Shown here: one piece after another, positions 1-11,500 of the stretch
How positions within the stretch are numbered: position 1 is the stretch's first letter
How the letters are laid out: the number at the start of each line of letters is the position of its first letter
Origin: an uncultured Bifidobacteriaceae bacterium
GTDB taxonomy: Bacteria; Acidobacteriota; Vicinamibacteria; Vicinamibacterales; UBA2999
Assembly: GCA_964619705.1 (NCBI GenBank)
Contig: CAZUGF010000004.1
Span: 25,481-89,480, forward strand
Length of the DNA: 64,000 bases
Direction of reading: 5' to 3'
Notes under the pieces: model-generated
The model's input: the letters and a program-made list of their open reading frames with translations, nothing else
Told to the model about the DNA's origin: nothing
Database searches by the model: none
Position numbers and translations under genes: made by a program

Positions 1-1757
<1,757 letters not shown>

Positions 1758-1767
1758 GGAAGAGGGT

Positions 1768-1821
1768 GGCGGAACTGAAGTTCCGCCCTACTCGCTCGGC
1801 GGAACTGAAGTTCCGCCCTAC
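1768..1821. repeat. Two tandem 30-bp-period copies of a hairpin module (REP-like / terminator-like)
   Basis: GGCGGAACTGAAGTTCCGCCCTAC occurs at 1768-1791 and again at 1798-1821. Each copy contains the perfect stem-loop GGCGGAAC-TGAA-GTTCCGCC. The repeat sits directly 3' of the dnaK stop. Confidence 0.8.
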
Positions 1822-1867
1822 CTACACGGCGTCCGCAGTACTGGAGCCAACACCACGTGCCCTGTAG

Positions 1868-1889
1868 AGGCGACCCTTCAGGGTCGCCT
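1868..1889 (+). terminator. Perfect inverted repeat (stem-loop) between dnaK and hsp20; terminator or 5'UTR structure
   Basis: AGGCGACCCT-TC-AGGGTCGCCT, with 10-bp arms. There is no convincing T-tract afterwards, so its role is uncertain. Confidence 0.35.
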
Positions 1890-1926
1890 GGTTACTGATC
1901 AGAGAGCAACAGAAGGAGAAAGAGCC

Positions 1927-2367
1927 ATGAGCATTGCGCGTTTCGAGCCGTTTCGTGACCTGGCCGTCCTGCAGGACCGGATGAACCGCCTCTTCGGAGA
2001 CAGCTACGGTGCAAGGGAGGAAGGCGTGCTGAGCAACTGGGTGCCCGCCGTGGACATCTTCGAGAACGAGAAGAAGGAACTCGTGCTCAAGGCGGAACTG
2101 CCGGACGTGGCACGTGAGGACGTCTCGGTGACCGTCGAGAACAGCACGCTGACCGTGAGCGGCGAGCGGAAGCTCGACACCGAAATCCGGAAGGAGCAGT
2201 TCCACCGGATCGAGCGCGTCTACGGACGCTTCAGCCGGTCGTTCTCGCTGCCGGCCACGGTGGACGCCGGCAAGATTGCCGCGGAGGTGAAGAACGGTGT
2301 CCTGACCGTCCGCCTGCCGTTCCGCGAGGAAGCCAGGCCGCGGTCGATCGACGTCACGGTCGCCTGA
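1927..2367 (+). CDS. Small heat-shock protein, Hsp20/alpha-crystallin family
   Basis: ATG at 1927 is preceded by GAAGGAGAAAG. The 146-aa product has an alpha-crystallin domain (WVPAVDIFENEKELVLKAELPDV, TLTVSGERK, GRFSRSFSLP, NGVLTVRLP). The longer ORF 1486-2367 has an Arg/Pro-rich non-protein-like N-terminus, so the internal start is preferred. Confidence 0.93.
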   Translation: MSIARFEPFRDLAVLQDRMNRLFGDSYGAREEGVLSNWVPAVDIFENEKKELVLKAELPDVAREDVSVTVENSTLTVSGERKLDTEIRKEQFHRIERVYGRFSRSFSLPATVDAGKIAAEVKNGVLTVRLPFREEARPRSIDVTVA

Positions 2368-2381
2368 GCCGCGACATTGCC

Positions 2382-2424
2382 GCCCGGGGCGCGGCGCCCC
2401 CTCCTGCGAGGGGCTGCCCCGGGC
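2382..2424 (+). terminator. GC-rich hairpin downstream of hsp20
   Basis: GCCCGGGGC (2382-2390) pairs with GCCCCGGGC (2416-2424), with an inner GCCCC/GGGGC pairing. It starts 15 nt after the hsp20 stop. No T-tract. Confidence 0.4.
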
Positions 2425-2525
2425 GTGGCTGCGCGTGTCCGCCCGGTTCGCATCCCGGCGCGCCGCGCCGGATCCACCGCCGCGCCTGTCGGCCGTCGCG
2501 CGCCGAACGTAGTAACCTGCCGCTC

Positions 2526-2873
2526 ATGGGTGCATTCCTCATTCACTGGGTCATCGTCGGTCTGGGGCTCTGGGTGGCCGCCAACCTCGTGTCCGGTGTC
2601 ACGCTCGCGTCGTGGACCTCGCTGGCGATCGGCGCGCTGGTCCTGGGGTTCGTCAACGCCGTCATCCGGCCGATCCTCACCCTTCTCACGCTCCCGTTCA
2701 CGATCCTCACGCTCGGCCTGTTCTACTTCGTCGTCAACGCCGCCGCCTTCGCCCTGGCCGCCGCCCTGGTGCCGGGGTTTACCGTCGGCTCGTTCTGGGC
2801 GGCGCTCTTCGGCGCGCTGGTGGTCAGCCTGGTGTCGTGGGGCGTTGGGAGTTTTGCGGGAGGGAGACGGTAG
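2526..2873 (+). CDS. Phage holin family 4-like (YvlD/DUF360-type) small membrane protein
   Basis: 115 aa with four hydrophobic segments. The pattern FVNAVIRPILTLLTLPFTILTLGLFYFVVNAAAFALAA is typical of the superfamily IV holin / DUF360 family. Confidence 0.65.
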   Translation: MGAFLIHWVIVGLGLWVAANLVSGVTLASWTSLAIGALVLGFVNAVIRPILTLLTLPFTILTLGLFYFVVNAAAFALAAALVPGFTVGSFWAALFGALVVSLVSWGVGSFAGGRR

Positions 2874-2943
2874 GGGCCCCGCCGCCGAAGGCCTGCGGGC
2901 GCCGGGCCGCCTGGCCGGGACCGCCGTGCTACACTGACAGGCT

Positions 2944-3264
2944 ATGTCCGACGTAGAAGTCCAGTCAGACCAGACGGCGGCCGACGAGGCCCCTGTCGTC
3001 GAGCGCGTGCCGGCGCCGCCCATCGAGAGCCGGTTCCTGTACGTGGACGTGGCCGCCCTGCGGGCCAAGCAGCTTCGCCGGGGCGCGAAGTCGCGCCTGG
3101 ACCCGGTGGAGGACGAGGCCGTTCCGGCGTCGCAGGCCGTGGGCGCCGCCGGGCCCGTCACGCCGCGCCGCATCAAGGCCGAGCGCGTGGCGATGCAGGA
3201 GGTCCGCAAGGGGCTCGTGGACTGGGAACTGCCCGACTTCAAGGCCGTCTTCGACACGCGATAG
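2944..3264 (+). CDS. Possible RNA polymerase omega subunit-like protein
   Basis: 106 aa. The core SRFLYVDVAALRAKQLRRGAK resembles the RpoZ helix motif (xRYxLVxxAAxRAxQL). The N-terminus and middle are low-complexity. This call rests on one motif only. Confidence 0.4.
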   Translation: MSDVEVQSDQTAADEAPVVERVPAPPIESRFLYVDVAALRAKQLRRGAKSRLDPVEDEAVPASQAVGAAGPVTPRRIKAERVAMQEVRKGLVDWELPDFKAVFDTR

Positions 3265-3272
3265 GCACGCCG

Positions 3273-3677
3273 ATGGCCGGGATCCTTCCCGGCCTCCGGA
3301 ACCCTCCCGGCCGGGCGTTCGTCCACTCATTCGAGATGATCGAACTCCTGGTGTTCAGCGGGCTCATCCTCGGCGGCCTGGCCCTGGCCGCGGTCCTCGG
3401 GTTCGTGTTCCTGATCCTCAAGATCGTGATCTGGGCGGTGGTCCTGCCGTTCAAGCTCCTCTTCAAACTCCTGATGGTCCCGGTGTGGCTCACGCTCGGG
3501 GCCCTGGGCCTCGCGGCCGGCGCGGTGGCCGTTCCCGCCCTCTTCGTGGTGGTGGCGGCGGTCGTGGCCGTCAGCCTGCTCGGCGCACTCCTCGCGCTGC
3601 TCCTGCCCGCGATCCCGTTCGTGCTCCTCGGCCTGATGCTCTGGGCAATGTTCCGCAGCCGGCCGGCGGTTGCATGA
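3273..3677 (+). CDS. Hypothetical integral membrane protein
   Basis: 134 aa, almost entirely hydrophobic Leu/Val/Ala helices (3-4 TM). The true start may be the internal ATG giving MIELLVF. No recognisable family. Confidence 0.5.
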   Translation: MAGILPGLRNPPGRAFVHSFEMIELLVFSGLILGGLALAAVLGFVFLILKIVIWAVVLPFKLLFKLLMVPVWLTLGALGLAAGAVAVPALFVVVAAVVAVSLLGALLALLLPAIPFVLLGLMLWAMFRSRPAVA

Positions 3678-3682
3678 ACGTT

Positions 3683-3932
3683 GGGGGAGGTGCGGGGGAG
3701 GTGCGGGGGGAGGTTCTGGGGAGGTGCGGGAAGGTTCTGGGAAGGTGCGGGAAGGTTCTGGGGAGGTGCGGGAAGGTTCTGGGGAGGTGCCGGGAAGTGC
3801 GGGAAGTGCGGGAAGTGCGGGAAGGGGCGGCGAAAGAACCTCCCCGAACCTCCCCGAACCCTCCCAGCACCTCCCCAGAACCTCCCCGAACCTTCCCAGC
3901 ACCTCCCCCAGCACCTCCCCCTCACACCCTCC
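3683..3932. repeat. Inverted array of G-rich 11-12-nt tandem units (G-rich arm then complementary C-rich arm)
   Basis: Left arm (about 3683-3825): about 14 units alternating AGGTGCGGG(G/A) and AGGTTCTGGG(G/A), then 3 copies of AAGTGCGGG. Right arm (about 3837-3932): the complement, with units GAACCTCCCC and CAGCACCTCCCC. The array lies between the convergent stops of 3273-3677 (+) and gatA (-). Confidence 0.85.
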
Positions 3933-5391
3933 TGCCGTGCCACGTGGTGTCGGCCTGGAACGCGGCGGCCGCGCCCAGCAGCGTGGCCTCGTCGAACATG
4001 CGTCCCGTCAACTGCGCGCCGATCGGCAGCGACTCCCGGCTGAAGCCGCACGGGAGGCTGATGGCCGGCAATCCCGTCAGGTTGGCGCTCACCGTGAAGA
4101 CGTCGTTCAGGTACATCTGGAGCGGATCGCTCGTCTTCTCCCCGAGCCGGAACGCCGGCGTCGGCGTGGTCGGCGTGGCCACGACGTCGCACGACGCAAA
4201 CGCCTGCTCGTAGTCGCGGCGGAGCAGGGTCCGCACCTGCTGCGCCTTCAGGTAGTACGCATCGTAGTACCCCGCGCTCAGCACGTAGGTGCCGAGCATG
4301 ATGCGCCGCTTCACCTCCGCGCCGAACCCCTCGTCGCGGCTCCTGTCGTACATCGCCTGCAGTCCGTCGCCGGCGCCGAGCGCGGCACGGTGGCCGTAGC
4401 GGACGCCGTCGTAGCGCGCGAGGTTCGACGAGGCTTCCGCCGTCGCGATCAGGTAGTAGACGGGAATCGCGTGGGCCGCATGCGGCAGCTCGATGTCGAC
4501 GACCGCCGCGCCGCGCGCGCGCCATACATCCAGCGCCTCCGCGAACGCCTGCCGCACGTCCGCGTCCACGCCCCGATCGTCCACCAGCGCGCGGGGCACG
4601 CCGATGCGCAGGCCGCGCACGCCGCCGGCCAGGCCTGCCAGGTAGTCCGGGACGGGTTCCGTCGAGGCTGTCGCGTCCTGTGCATCGTGGCCCGCCATCG
4701 CCTGCAGCACGAGCGCGGCATCTTCCGCCGTGCGCGTGAGGGGACCTACCTGATCGAGCGACGAGGCAAAGGCGAGCAGTCCGTACCGGGACACGCGGCC
4801 GTATGTCGGCTTGAGGCCGACCAGGCCGCAGAAGGCCGCGGGCTGACGGACCGATCCGCCGGTGTCGGAGCCCAGGGCCGCGGGCGCCATCCCGGCCGCC
4901 ACGGCCGCGGCGGACCCGCCGCTCGATCCCCCGGGCGCGCGCTCGGGATCCCACGGGTTCCGCGTCACGCCGAGCGCCGAGTTCTCGGTGGACGATCCCA
5001 TCGCGAACTCGTCGAGGTTCGTCTTGCCGAGGACGATGGCGCCGGCCGCTTCGAGACGGGCGACGGCGGTGGCCGTGTAGGGCGGCACGAAGCCGCGCAG
5101 GATGGGCGAGGACGCGGAGGTCGGGATGCCCGCGGTGCAGAGGTTGTCCTTGATGGCGACGGGGACCCCGTGGAGCGGACCGGGCGCCGTGCCCGCCGCG
5201 CGCGCGGCGTCGAGCGCGGCGGCCCGCGTCCGCGCGGCCTCCGCGGCCACCAGGTTGAAGGCGCCGATCTGCGGCTCCGCGGCCTGGACCCGCGCCAGGT
5301 ACGCGTCGCAGACGTCCGCCGCCGATCGGTCACCGGCAATGAGATCCCGCGCGAGCGCGCGGAGTGTGAGGGACGCGACGCCGTCGCTCAT
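3922..5391 (-). CDS. gatA: Glutamyl-tRNA(Gln) amidotransferase subunit A
   Basis: Amidase signature [12 protein letters not shown] and [15 protein letters not shown]. 489 aa from the ATG at 5391 ([10 protein letters not shown]). The upstream part of ORF 3922-5766 overlaps gatC in another frame and was not used. Confidence 0.96.
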   Translation of the reverse strand: MSDGVASLTLRALARDLIAGDRSAADVCDAYLARVQAAEPQIGAFNLVAAEAARTRAAALDAARAAGTAPGPLHGVPVAIKDNLCTAGIPTSASSPILRGFVPPYTATAVARLEAAGAIVLGKTNLDEFAMGSSTENSALGVTRNPWDPERAPGGSSGGSAAAVAAGMAPAALGSDTGGSVRQPAAFCGLVGLKPTYGRVSRYGLLAFASSLDQVGPLTRTAEDAALVLQAMAGHDAQDATASTEPVPDYLAGLAGGVRGLRIGVPRALVDDRGVDADVRQAFAEALDVWRARGAAVVDIELPHAAHAIPVYYLIATAEASSNLARYDGVRYGHRAALGAGDGLQAMYDRSRDEGFGAEVKRRIMLGTYVLSAGYYDAYYLKAQQVRTLLRRDYEQAFASCDVVATPTTPTPAFRLGEKTSDPLQMYLNDVFTVSANLTGLPAISLPCGFSRESLPIGAQLTGRMFDEATLLGAAAAFQADTTWHGRRV

Positions 5392-5684
5392 CCGATGACC
5401 CGTGGCACCTTGAAGAGGCCCGCGCCGGGTGCGGCGTCGGGCGCGTTCGCCAGCGCGTCGGCAGGGGCGAGCGTCGGGCGGATCACGTCGTCCCGTTCGA
5501 CGGGGCGCGCCAGGCCCTGGGACGTGGGCTCGACGCCCGTCGTGTCGAGCGTCCGGATCTGCTCGACGTAGCCGAGGATGTCGCCAAGCTGTCGCGTGAA
5601 GAGATCCACTTCGTCGGGTGTCAGGGCCAGCCGCGCCAGTTCGGCAATGCGCACCACGTCGGCGCGCGTCAGGGTCGTAGACAT
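5388..5684 (-). CDS. gatC: Glutamyl-tRNA(Gln) amidotransferase subunit C
   Basis: 98 aa from the ATG at 5684 ([43 protein letters not shown]). Its stop overlaps the gatA start (ATGA, 5388-5391). Confidence 0.93.
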   Translation of the reverse strand: MSTTLTRADVVRIAELARLALTPDEVDLFTRQLGDILGYVEQIRTLDTTGVEPTSQGLARPVERDDVIRPTLAPADALANAPDAAPGAGLFKVPRVIG

Positions 5685-5752
5685 GGGCTCCGAACATCTT
5701 ACAGGGTCGCGCAGGCTTCGGGCGCGAGCGGGCGCGGCCTGATAATACGAAC

Positions 5753-6604
5753 GTGACTCCACCCATCCGGGGCTACAGCCGCGGCATGTATGCCAACTGG
5801 TTCTGGCACCGTCCGCTGCAACTCATCATCGATGCGGGCGAGGGCCTGCAGCTCGCGCTCGGCGCCAGCGTCTTCGCGCCGAACCTCGTCGCCATCACGC
5901 ACGGGCATTCCGATCACGTGCTGGGCCTCCCCGGGTTTGTCGGCGCGCGCCGCTTCGGGAAGGGCGCGGTGGACAAACCGCTGACCGTTCTCTACCCGGA
6001 TGGATCGCGCGGCGTGCTGGCGGTGCGCGAGTGGCTGGAGCGCGCCTATCCCGGCGTGTCGTTCCCCGTCACGTGGACGGCTGTGGGGGACGGCAGCGTC
6101 TTCTCCCTCGGCAAGGGCCGGGACATCGAGGCGTTTGCCGTCCGTCACGCGACAGGGGAGCCGGCCCTGGGCTATCGCGTGGTGGAGACGCGGCGCCGGC
6201 TGCGGGCCGAGTTCGCGGGCCGGCCGCAGGCCGAGATCGAGGCGCTGGCGCGGGACGGTCAGCGGGGCCGGATGACCGAGGCGGTACGCCACGTGCTGTT
6301 CGCCCACAGCGGGGACGCGATGCCCATCGCGCCGGCGCTGGTGCAGGGCGCCGATCTCCTGGTCCACGACGCGACCTTCCTGGTCGAAGCGGACCGGCGC
6401 CATCGCATTCATGCCACGACCGAGGAAGCGTTGGCGGTGGGGCGGGCTGCCGGCGTGGCGGACCTCGTCCTCCAGCACCTGTCCATCCGGTACGACCGCG
6501 CGGCGATCCTGCCGGCGCTGCGGGCGCAGGCGGCGCGCAGCGGCTTCGAGGGCCGCTGCTGGCTGCTCGACGACGACCGGTTGATCCGCATCGAGCCGGA
6601 GTGA
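5753..6604 (+). CDS. MBL-fold metallo-hydrolase (RNase Z/ElaC-like)
   Basis: HxHxDH motif ITHGHSDHV, then later FAHSGD and HDATF...H motifs. 283 aa, GTG start. Confidence 0.8.
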   Translation: MTPPIRGYSRGMYANWFWHRPLQLIIDAGEGLQLALGASVFAPNLVAITHGHSDHVLGLPGFVGARRFGKGAVDKPLTVLYPDGSRGVLAVREWLERAYPGVSFPVTWTAVGDGSVFSLGKGRDIEAFAVRHATGEPALGYRVVETRRRLRAEFAGRPQAEIEALARDGQRGRMTEAVRHVLFAHSGDAMPIAPALVQGADLLVHDATFLVEADRRHRIHATTEEALAVGRAAGVADLVLQHLSIRYDRAAILPALRAQAARSGFEGRCWLLDDDRLIRIEPE

Positions 6605-6659
6605 CCCGGCCGCGGCGGTCTGATCGGATTCTGGTAGCGCCGGTGTTCGGGGCGGGCGT

Positions 6660-7307
6660 CTACTGGAGGCGTGCGTGCGGACGCAGGGCGGCGCGCGTGC
6701 GTGTCGCGGCGGGACGTGGCGCGCGGTAGGGCAGGATGAGCGTTTCGAGGTCCTCGCGGACCCAGGTGTGCGCCGGGGCCTTCGATCCCGCCGTGCTCCA
6801 GGTGAGGAGCGAGCCCCGTGTGACGGCGATGACGGCGCGGGCCAGCGCGGGGATCGGACAGTCGATGATCTCCCGGGCCTTGCGGGCCTCCCGGAGCAAT
6901 CCCTCGACTTCGCGTGCGAGGGACTCGGTGTGCCGGTGGGCCAGGCGCTGGAACTCCGGGTCCTCGAGGCTCAACTGCAGGAAGGCCAGGGCGTGAGACA
7001 GGGCCTGCGGCCCATCGACGAGCTGGCGCGTCAGGCAGTCCCCCAGGCTGGCGATGGTCTCCAGGGGGGAGGTCTGCCGGGCGCGGCGCGAGGCGAACTG
7101 GGCGTTCATGCAGGTGACGCTGTGGGCGGCGACGGCAAGGAGCAGGTCCCGCTTGCTCTTGAACCGCAGGAGCAGGGTCGAGGGCGACAGGCCGACCTCG
7201 CGGGCGACATCCTCCAGCCTGAGGCGGGCGGGCCCGAGGCGGGCGAGGACACGGGCGGAGGCGTCGAGAATGGCCGCGTCGGATCGGCCTTTGGGTCGCG
7301 GGGACAT
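6660..7307 (-). CDS. TetR/AcrR family transcriptional regulator
   Basis: N-terminal HTH (LRLEDVAREVGLSPSTLLLRFKSKRDLL). It is divergent from the efflux operon. Confidence 0.9.
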   Translation of the reverse strand: MSPRPKGRSDAAILDASARVLARLGPARLRLEDVAREVGLSPSTLLLRFKSKRDLLLAVAAHSVTCMNAQFASRRARQTSPLETIASLGDCLTRQLVDGPQALSHALAFLQLSLEDPEFQRLAHRHTESLAREVEGLLREARKAREIIDCPIPALARAVIAVTRGSLLTWSTAGSKAPAHTWVREDLETLILPYRAPRPAATRTRAALRPHARLQ

Positions 7308-7324
7308 CGTGCGGCTACTTTACA

Positions 7325-7344
7325 ATAAATGAACCTTCATTTAT
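7325..7344. promoter_or_regulatory. Perfect 20-bp palindrome, candidate TetR operator in divergent promoter region
   Basis: ATAAATGAA-CC-TTCATTTAT lies in a striking AT-rich island (7316-7350) between the TetR gene and the MFP gene. It is flanked by -10-like hexamers (TACAAT, TATCAT). Confidence 0.65.
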
Positions 7345-7417
7345 CATCCAGTGTTCCCGAGACTGCGCCGGACCACACCCGTGGCGCCCGGACGAGCCAG
7401 TTCGCCAGCGAGCTTCC

Positions 7418-8578
7418 ATGTCCCAACTGTCCAATCGTGCCTTCGCTCCAGCCCTGATCCTGATCCCCGTCCTTGCCCTCGCGGCCCTGTCGGCGGCGTG
7501 CGGCGGCGGCAATGCCCCGGCCGATGCCGGCGGGACGGGCGGCCCCCCGCCGATGCCCGTCCAGGTGGTGACGCTCGAACCGCGGGATCTGGAGCGGACG
7601 AGCGAGTACGTCGCCAACCTGCGCTCGCGCAGTTCCACGACCATCCAGCCGCAGGTCGAGGGGTTCGTGACCCGGATCGCGGTCCGCTCGGGCGATCGCG
7701 TCCAGCGCGGCGCGGTCCTGTTCGAGATCGACGCGGCCCCGCAGCAGGCGGCGCTGGCCTCGACCGAGTCCCTGCGCGCCGTGCGCACGGCGGAAGTGGA
7801 GTACGCGCGCCAGCAGGCGGACCGCATGCAGGCGCTCTTCACGGCCGGCGCCGTCAGCCAGCAGGAACTCGAGCAGGCGCAGACGGCGCTCCGCACCACG
7901 GAGGCGCAGACGCAGGCGCTCGACGAGCAGCTTCGCGAGCAGCGGGCCCAGCTGGGCTACTTCCGCGTCACGGCGCCGACCGCCGGCATGGTCGGCGACG
8001 TCCCCGTGCGCGTGGGGGATCGCGTGACGGCCTCCACGGTCCTGACGACCGTGTCGGACAACGACCGCCTGGAGGTCTACGTCAGCGTGCCGATTCAGCA
8101 GGCGGCGGATCTCCGCACGGGCCTGCCCGTGCGCATCGTCGACGACCGCAACGAGGTGGTGGCGACCAACCCGGTGACGTTCGTGTCGCCGACGGTGGAG
8201 CCCACGCAGACGGTGCTGGCCAAGGCCCTCCTGGTTGACGGCGAGGGCCGGTTCCGGGCCGAGCAACTGGTGCGCGCGCGCATCGTCTGGCGGTCGGAGC
8301 CCGGCCTGACCATTCCGCTGACGTCGGTGACCCGCATCAACGGGCAGTACTTCGTGTTCGTCGCGGAGGCGCAGGGGGAGGGGACCGTCGCGCGGCAGAA
8401 GCCCGTGGCCCTCGGCGATCTCGTCGGTAACGACTACGTGGTGGAGTCCGGCCTGGAGGCCGGCGAGCGACTCATCGTCGGCGGCGTGCAGAAGATCGGG
8501 GACGGCGCGCCGGTGATGATCGCGCCGCCGGCCGGCGCGGGCCCGGCGGACGCCGCGGCAGAAACGAAGGCGTCCTAG
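7418..8578 (+). CDS. Efflux RND transporter periplasmic adaptor (membrane fusion protein)
   Basis: Lipoprotein-type signal (LAALSAAC). HlyD/AcrA-like lipoyl and coiled-coil regions (IQPQVEGFVTRIAVRSGDRVQRGAVLFEID, and QQELEQAQTAL...). Confidence 0.92.
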   Translation: MSQLSNRAFAPALILIPVLALAALSAACGGGNAPADAGGTGGPPPMPVQVVTLEPRDLERTSEYVANLRSRSSTTIQPQVEGFVTRIAVRSGDRVQRGAVLFEIDAAPQQAALASTESLRAVRTAEVEYARQQADRMQALFTAGAVSQQELEQAQTALRTTEAQTQALDEQLREQRAQLGYFRVTAPTAGMVGDVPVRVGDRVTASTVLTTVSDNDRLEVYVSVPIQQAADLRTGLPVRIVDDRNEVVATNPVTFVSPTVEPTQTVLAKALLVDGEGRFRAEQLVRARIVWRSEPGLTIPLTSVTRINGQYFVFVAEAQGEGTVARQKPVALGDLVGNDYVVESGLEAGERLIVGGVQKIGDGAPVMIAPPAGAGPADAAAETKAS

Positions 8579-8580
8579 CC

Positions 8581-11500
8581 ATGCTCGCGGACGTCTTCAT
8601 CAAGCGGCCGGTCCTCTCGACCGTCTGCTCGCTCATCATCATCCTCGCGGGCGCCATCTCGATCCCGACGCTGCCGATTGCCCGCTATCCGGAGCTGGCG
8701 CCGCCGGCGGTGTCGGTCACGGCGTTCTACACCGGCGCCAACGCCCAGACGGTGGAGAGTGCCGTCACCACGCCGCTCGAGCAGGCCATCAACGGCGTCG
8801 AGGGCATGCTCTACATGCAGTCGTCGAGCACGAACTCCGGCATGTCGACGATCACGGTGACGTTCGACATCTCGCGGGATCAGGACCTGGCGGCGGTGGA
8901 CGTGCAGAACCGCGTCAACTCGGCGCTCGGACGCATGCCCGCCGACGTGCGCACCAACGGCATCATCGTCACGAAGGTGACGGCCGGGTTCATGGGCGGC
9001 CTCGGCTTCTTCAGCCAGGACAACCGCTACTCGAACCAGTTCATCAGCAACTACCTGGACCTGTACGTCCGCGACGCCATCAAGCGTGTGCCGGGCGTGG
9101 GCGACGTCATCATCTTCGGCGAGCGGCGGTTTGCCATGCGGTTGTGGCTGGATCCGACGAAGCTCGCGTCGCGCCGGCTGACGGCGGGCGACGTGCTGAA
9201 CGCGCTCCGGGAGCAGAACGTCCAGGTGGCCGCGGGCGCGCTGGGCGACCAGCCCGCCGAGCCCGGGCAGATGTTCACGATCAGCGTCCGGGCCATGGGC
9301 CGGCTGACGGAGGTGTCGGAGTTCGAGAACGTCGTGGTCCAGGCCGGGCCGGACGGTGCGCTCGTGCGGGTCAGCGACATCGGGCGCGTGGAGCTCGGCG
9401 CCGAGCAGTACGCGGCCAACCTCCGCTTCCTCGGGCTCGAGGCCTCGGGTATCGGCATCACGCTGCTGCCGTCCGCCAACGCGCTGGACGTGTACGACGG
9501 CGTGATGGAGGTCATGGCGCGGCTCGAGCCGAGCTTCCCGCCCGCGCTCGAGTGGCGCATGGCGTTCGACAACGTGAGCGTGGTCCGGGAGTCCATCAGC
9601 GAGGTGGTGTGGACGCTCGGCGAGGCCATCGTGCTGGTGATCATCGTGATGTTCCTCTTCCTCCAGAACTGGCGGAGCACGATCATCCCGGCGGTGACGA
9701 TCCCGGTCTCGCTGATCGGCACCTTCGCGTTCATCCGGCTCTTCGACTTCTCGATCAACACGCTGACGCTCTTCGGCATCGTGCTCGCCACCGGCATCGT
9801 CGTGGACGATGCGATCGTGGTCATCGAGAACATCGAGCGCCACATGCACGACTACAAGAAATCCGCGCGGCGCGCGGCGCTCGACGCGATGCGCGAGGTG
9901 TTCGGGGCGGTCATCGTCATCGGCATCGTGCTGGTGTCGGTGTTCGTGCCTGTCGCGTTCTTCCCCGGGGTGACCGGGCGGCTCTACCAGCAGTTCTCGC
10001 TGACCATCGCGTTTGCCGTGCTGCTCTCCGTGTTCAACGCGGTGACGCTGACGCCCGCGCTGGCGGCGCTGCTGCTGGATCGGGAGAGCCACACGCACGG
10101 GCGGTTCTTCACGCTCGTCAACCGGGTCATCGACGGCGGGACCCACCTCTACGTGCGCCTCCTGCGCGGCGCGCTCCGCTTGCGCTATGCGATGGTGATC
10201 CTCTTCGTCGGCCTCCTGTGGGTCACGTGGACGCTCTTCCAGGTCCTGCCCGCGGCGTTCGTGCCGGAGGAGGACGAGGGCTACTTCATCACGGTCGTGC
10301 AGGCGCCGGCCGGTGCCTCGCTCGAGTACTCGACCGAGATTGCCAAGCAGGCGGAGGCGATTCTCTTCGCGGACCCGGATATCGCCGCCGCGTTTTCGGT
10401 GATGGGCTTCAGCTTCTCGGGCGCCGCGCCCAACAACGGGCTGATCTTCGTCCGGCTCAAGGACTACATCGAGCGCCCGGGCGCCGATCACTCCCTCCGC
10501 GCGGTACTCAACCGGGTCAGCGGTCCGCTGTTCATGATCCCGGGCGCCATCGTCGTGGCGTTCCCGCCGCCGCCCATCCAGGGGCTGTCCACGTTCGGCG
10601 GCTTCCAGTTCGAGGTGCTCGACCAGACCAACAGCACGGACATCAACCAGCTGGCCGGCGCGACCTTCGGGCTGATTGGCGCCGGCAACCAGAGCGGGCG
10701 CGTGCAGGGGCTCTTCAGCTCGTTCCGCGCCGACGATCCGCAGCTCATCGTCGACATCGATCGGGACCGGGCGCAGAGCCTCGGCCTGCCGATCCGCGAG
10801 GTGACCGATGCGCTCCAGGTGTTCCTGGGCTCGTCCTACGTCAACGACTTCGACTTCAACAACCGCGCCTACCGCGTGTACGCGCAGGCCGACCAGCAGT
10901 TCCGCGAGACGCCGACGGACCTGAAGCAGCTCTACGCGCGGGCGATGGACGGCACGATGGTGCCGCTCGACACGGTGGTGCGCCTCCACGAGGTGACGTC
11001 GCCGCAGGTCATCAGCCACTTCAACCTGTTCCGCTCCGCGCAGATCACGGGGAACGCCGCGCCGGGGCAGAGCTCCGGCCAGGCGCTCCAGGCGATGGAG
11101 GAACTGGCGCGCGAGACGCTGCCCGCGGGCTTCGACTTCGCCTGGTCCGGCCAGTCGTTCGAGGAGATCAAGTCCGGCGCGCAGGCCGGCCTGATCTTCG
11201 CGCTCAGCGTCATGCTGGTTTACCTGGTGCTGGCGGCGCAGTACGAGAGCTGGGTGCTGCCGTTCATCATTCTCCTGGGCGTGCCGCTGGCGGTACTTGG
11301 TGCGCTCAGCGCCCAGCTCGTCCGCGGGCTGGCCAACGACGTCTTCTGTCAGGTGGGCCTCGTCCTGCTCGTGGGCCTGGCGGCGAAGAACTCCATCCTG
11401 ATCGTCGAGTTCGCCGAGCAGATGCGGGAGCGCGGGATGTCGATCTTCGATGCGGCGGTCGAGGCCGCCCGCATCCGGCTGCGGCCCATCCTGATGACCT

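Noticed and set aside
3683-3932. The repeat array considered as a CRISPR array, or as the coding sequence of a Pro/Ser/Glu-rich repeat protein (ORFs 3327-3914 (-) and 3670-5571 (+)).
   Set aside because: The units are only 11-12 nt with no unique spacers, and the two halves are inverted copies, which does not fit a CRISPR array. The ORFs covering it continue antisense into the membrane-protein gene or gatA and have no start context. No cas genes are in the window.
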